DNA from: Mustelus asterias
Lineage: Eukaryota
Assembly: GCF_964213995.1 (NCBI RefSeq)
Contig: NW_027590119.1
Location: forward strand, 992,001-1,056,000
DNA: 64,000 nucleotides
Direction of reading: 5' to 3'
A model generated the notes under the pieces. The model saw only the letters and a program-made list of their open reading frames with translations. It was not told the DNA's origin and ran no database searches. Positions 61,136 through 64,000 of the stretch are shown here, piece after piece; position 1 is the first letter of the stretch; each line of letters starts with the position of its first letter. The position numbers were made by a program, and so were the translations under genes.

Positions 61136-62430
61136 GTTCCTTGTGACTAAGATTGAGCCAATCCAATCAGCTGCCTTTGCTGCTTCCTTCCCTTCCACAG
61201 ACCACCGGACCAAAGTGTCTGTGAAGTTCCTCCTTGTCTGAGCTCTATCTTTCTCCAGTTTTTCTCCTATCTTCTATCTTCCTCTGAGCTCATCTTGTCC
61301 GTGAGACCTGCCTTCAACTCCCTGGACTCCATTCTCACAAAGCTGCTGTCCATCCAACTTCCCCATGTTAGCTGACACTGTTCACAATTCTCTCCCATTT
61401 CTTACTGTTTCTCTCACTTTAAATGTACCGTCATCACCCATCCTAAAAAAAACACTAAACCCCACTATCTTTGCAAATTACTGCCCCATCTCCAACCTCC
61501 TTTTCCTTTCCAAAACCCCTGAACTCGGTGTCCCCCGAGGATCTGTCCTTGGCCCCTCCTATTTCCCACCTCACCCCCATCCCTCTCCATTCCTCCACCG
61601 TTACTAAATTATCAAACTGTTCATCCCACATTCAGTTCTGGATGAGTAGAAGTTTCCTCCAGTTAAAAATTGGAAAGACCAAAGCCACTGTCTTCAGCCA
61701 TCACTAAAAATTCTGTTCCCTCACTACTCAGAGTAACGGGTCATCCAATTAAGACAGTGATGAGGAATTTCTTCTCAGAAGGTAGTGAATCTGTAGAATT
61801 ATTTACCACAGAGGGCTGTACAGGTTGGCTCACTAAGTATGTTCAAGGCTGAGATCGATTTTTTTTTTCTTAATCAGTAAGGGAATCAAGGGTTATGGGG
61901 ATAAGGCAAGAAAGTGGAGTTGTGGATAATCACAAGCGATCAGTCATGATTTCATTGAATGGCAGAGCAAACTTGATGGGTCAAATGGCCTCCTTCTGCT
62001 CCTACGTCTTACAGTCCATCTCTCTCCCTGGGAACTGTCTGAGGCTGAACCACACACTTCACAGTCTCAGTGTCAGATTTGACCCCAAGATGAGTTTCTG
62101 ATCACATATCCACCCCATCACCAATACCAGATATTTCAATCTCCATAATGTCACCTGTCTTCACCCACCCCAGCTCATCTGCTGCTGAAACCCTCATCCA
62201 TGCCCGTGTTACCTTTAGACTTGACAATTCCAATACATTTCTGACCAGCCCGTCACATTCATCCCACCCCCACACAGAAACGAAAGATTCACCCATTCCC
62301 CCTGAGCTCACTGACCTACCTCACCTTCAAGTCAAGTAATGCATCAATTTTAAATTCGCATCCTTGATTTCAAATTCTTCCATGACCTTATACCTCCCAA
62401 TCTCAGTAATCTCCAGTTTCACTATTCTCT
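61136..62430 (+). mobile_element. Degenerate L2 LINE with a CR1 tail inserted at ~61735-62010
   Basis: NYCPISNLLFLSK, GVPRGSVLGP, AETLIHARVTFRLDNSN. Confidence 0.7.
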
Positions 62431-62435
62431 GAGAT

Positions 62436-62958
62436 AGAACATAGAACATAGAAAGCCACAGCACAAACAGGCCCTTCGGCCCACAAGTTGCGCCGATCAC
62501 ATCCCCACCTCTAGGCCTATCTATAGCCCTCAATCCCATTAAATCCCGTGTACTCATCCAGAAGTCTCTTAAAAGACCCCAACGAGTTTGCCTCCACCAC
62601 CACCGACGTCAGCCGATTCCACTCACCCACCACCCTCTGAGTGAAAAATTTACCCCTGACATCTCCTCTGTACCTACCCCCCAGCACCTTAAACCTGTGT
62701 CCTCTCGTAGCAACCATTTCAGCCCTTGGAAATAGCCTCTGAGAGTCTACCCTATCCAGACCTCTCAACATCTTGTAAACCTCTATCAGGTCACCTCTCA
62801 TCCTTCGTCTCTCCAGGGAGAAGAGACCAAGCTCCCTCAACCTATCCTCATAAGGCATGCCCCCCAATCCAGGCAACATCCTTGTAAATCTCCTCTGCAC
62901 CCTTTCAATGGCTTCAACATCTTTCCTGTAATGAGGTGACCAGAACTGCGCGCAGTAC
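62436..62958 (-). mobile_element. CR1 3' fragment
   Basis: QRRFTRMLPGL..FFTQRVV; (TTCTATG)n tail. Confidence 0.9.
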
Positions 62959-63217
62959 TACTACGTCAGATATCTGCTTCAACATCTTTCCTGTAATGAG
63001 GTGACCAGAACTGCGCGCAGTACTCCTACGTCAGATATCTGCACTCTTCTCATTCTGGCCTCTTGAGCATCCCTGATTTTAATACTCCATCATTAGTGGC
63101 AGGGCCTGGGTGTGAAACTGTGAAATTCTCTCACTAAATTGTCCATCTCTCCTGATTCAAGATCTGCCTCTCCAATCAGGCTTTTCCCATCTATCCTAAT
63201 ATTATGCTCTGTCACTC

Positions 63218-63550
63218 AGAATCCCTATAGTGCAGAAGAGGCCATTTGTCCTAAAGAGTCTGTACCGACATTCTGACAGAGAATCTTACCCAGGCCCTCT
63301 CCCCCACTTATACCTGTAACACATTTACCATTTCTAATCCATCTAACCTGCACAACTTGGGACACTAAGGGTCAATTTAGCGTGACCAATCCACCTAACC
63401 TGCACATCTTCAGACTGTGGGAGTAGATCGGAGCACCCGGAGGAAACCCATGCAGACATGGGGATAACGTGCAAACTCCAGACAGATAGTCACCCGAGGC
63501 CAAAATTGAAACCAGGGCCCTGGTGCTGCGAGGAAACAATGCAAACCACG
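63218..63550 (-). mobile_element. V-SINE
   Basis: V-domain and tail. Confidence 0.8.
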
Positions 63551-64000
63551 AATGCTAATTTTTTCACTATGAAACTTCTCTGAAATAACTTGGGGTGCTT
63601 CCATCCCCACTATTTTCATTTTAGATCTATCAGTAATGGACTTGCTGCTGTCTGGGACAAAACTGTTTTCAGCAATAAGGTTCCGCTGTGATGTAATAGT
63701 CTCTATGACATCATTGCAGCAGGACTGGGTGACCTCATCAGAGTCCATTGTTTCTGAATGATCCACATCAATAACAACAGGAAATACTCATCAAGCTGAG
63801 CACATTATCTCGGCTGACACTCCAATCTGACATTGAGGGACTGCTGCACTCTGACACACACTGTCCTTCACATGGATTCACTCAGTCATCTCATTTACTG
63901 ATAGAACAGCACAGTTAGACTAGGGGGCCAACACTCAGACACTTCACATGTACAAAGGGATTTCCTTAGTTTTCCTCAGTGGCTAACACTCTGGTTTTAA

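Overview
Vertebrate genomic DNA, almost certainly a shark or other cartilaginous fish (HE1-type V-SINEs, HER1/CR1 LINEs, Rex1/Babar, L2, RTE and Penelope elements); no prokaryotic features. The window is a cluster of seven tandem C2H2 zinc-finger genes or pseudogenes with no visible KRAB, SCAN or BTB domain, several arranged head-to-head around CpG-rich CCAAT/GC-box/NRF1/YY1 promoters and buried in nested retrotransposons. Features the ORF track does not show: an unprocessed, truncated EMC4 pseudogene (3 exons plus promoter) upstream of a promoterless ZNF exon; a decayed R2-clade (restriction-like endonuclease) retrotransposon outside rDNA; minimal hammerhead ribozyme motifs in Penelope termini, including a palindromic double-ribozyme insert; two Penelope insertions at the homologous position of two different CR1 copies; a 121-bp block perfectly identical between diverged ZNF paralogs (candidate uORF micro-exon MDLSISLNQHLQENWE); a 10x homogenised zinc-finger array; and a tRNA-Val pseudogene. 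All calls were made by eye without database searches; TE boundaries are approximate.
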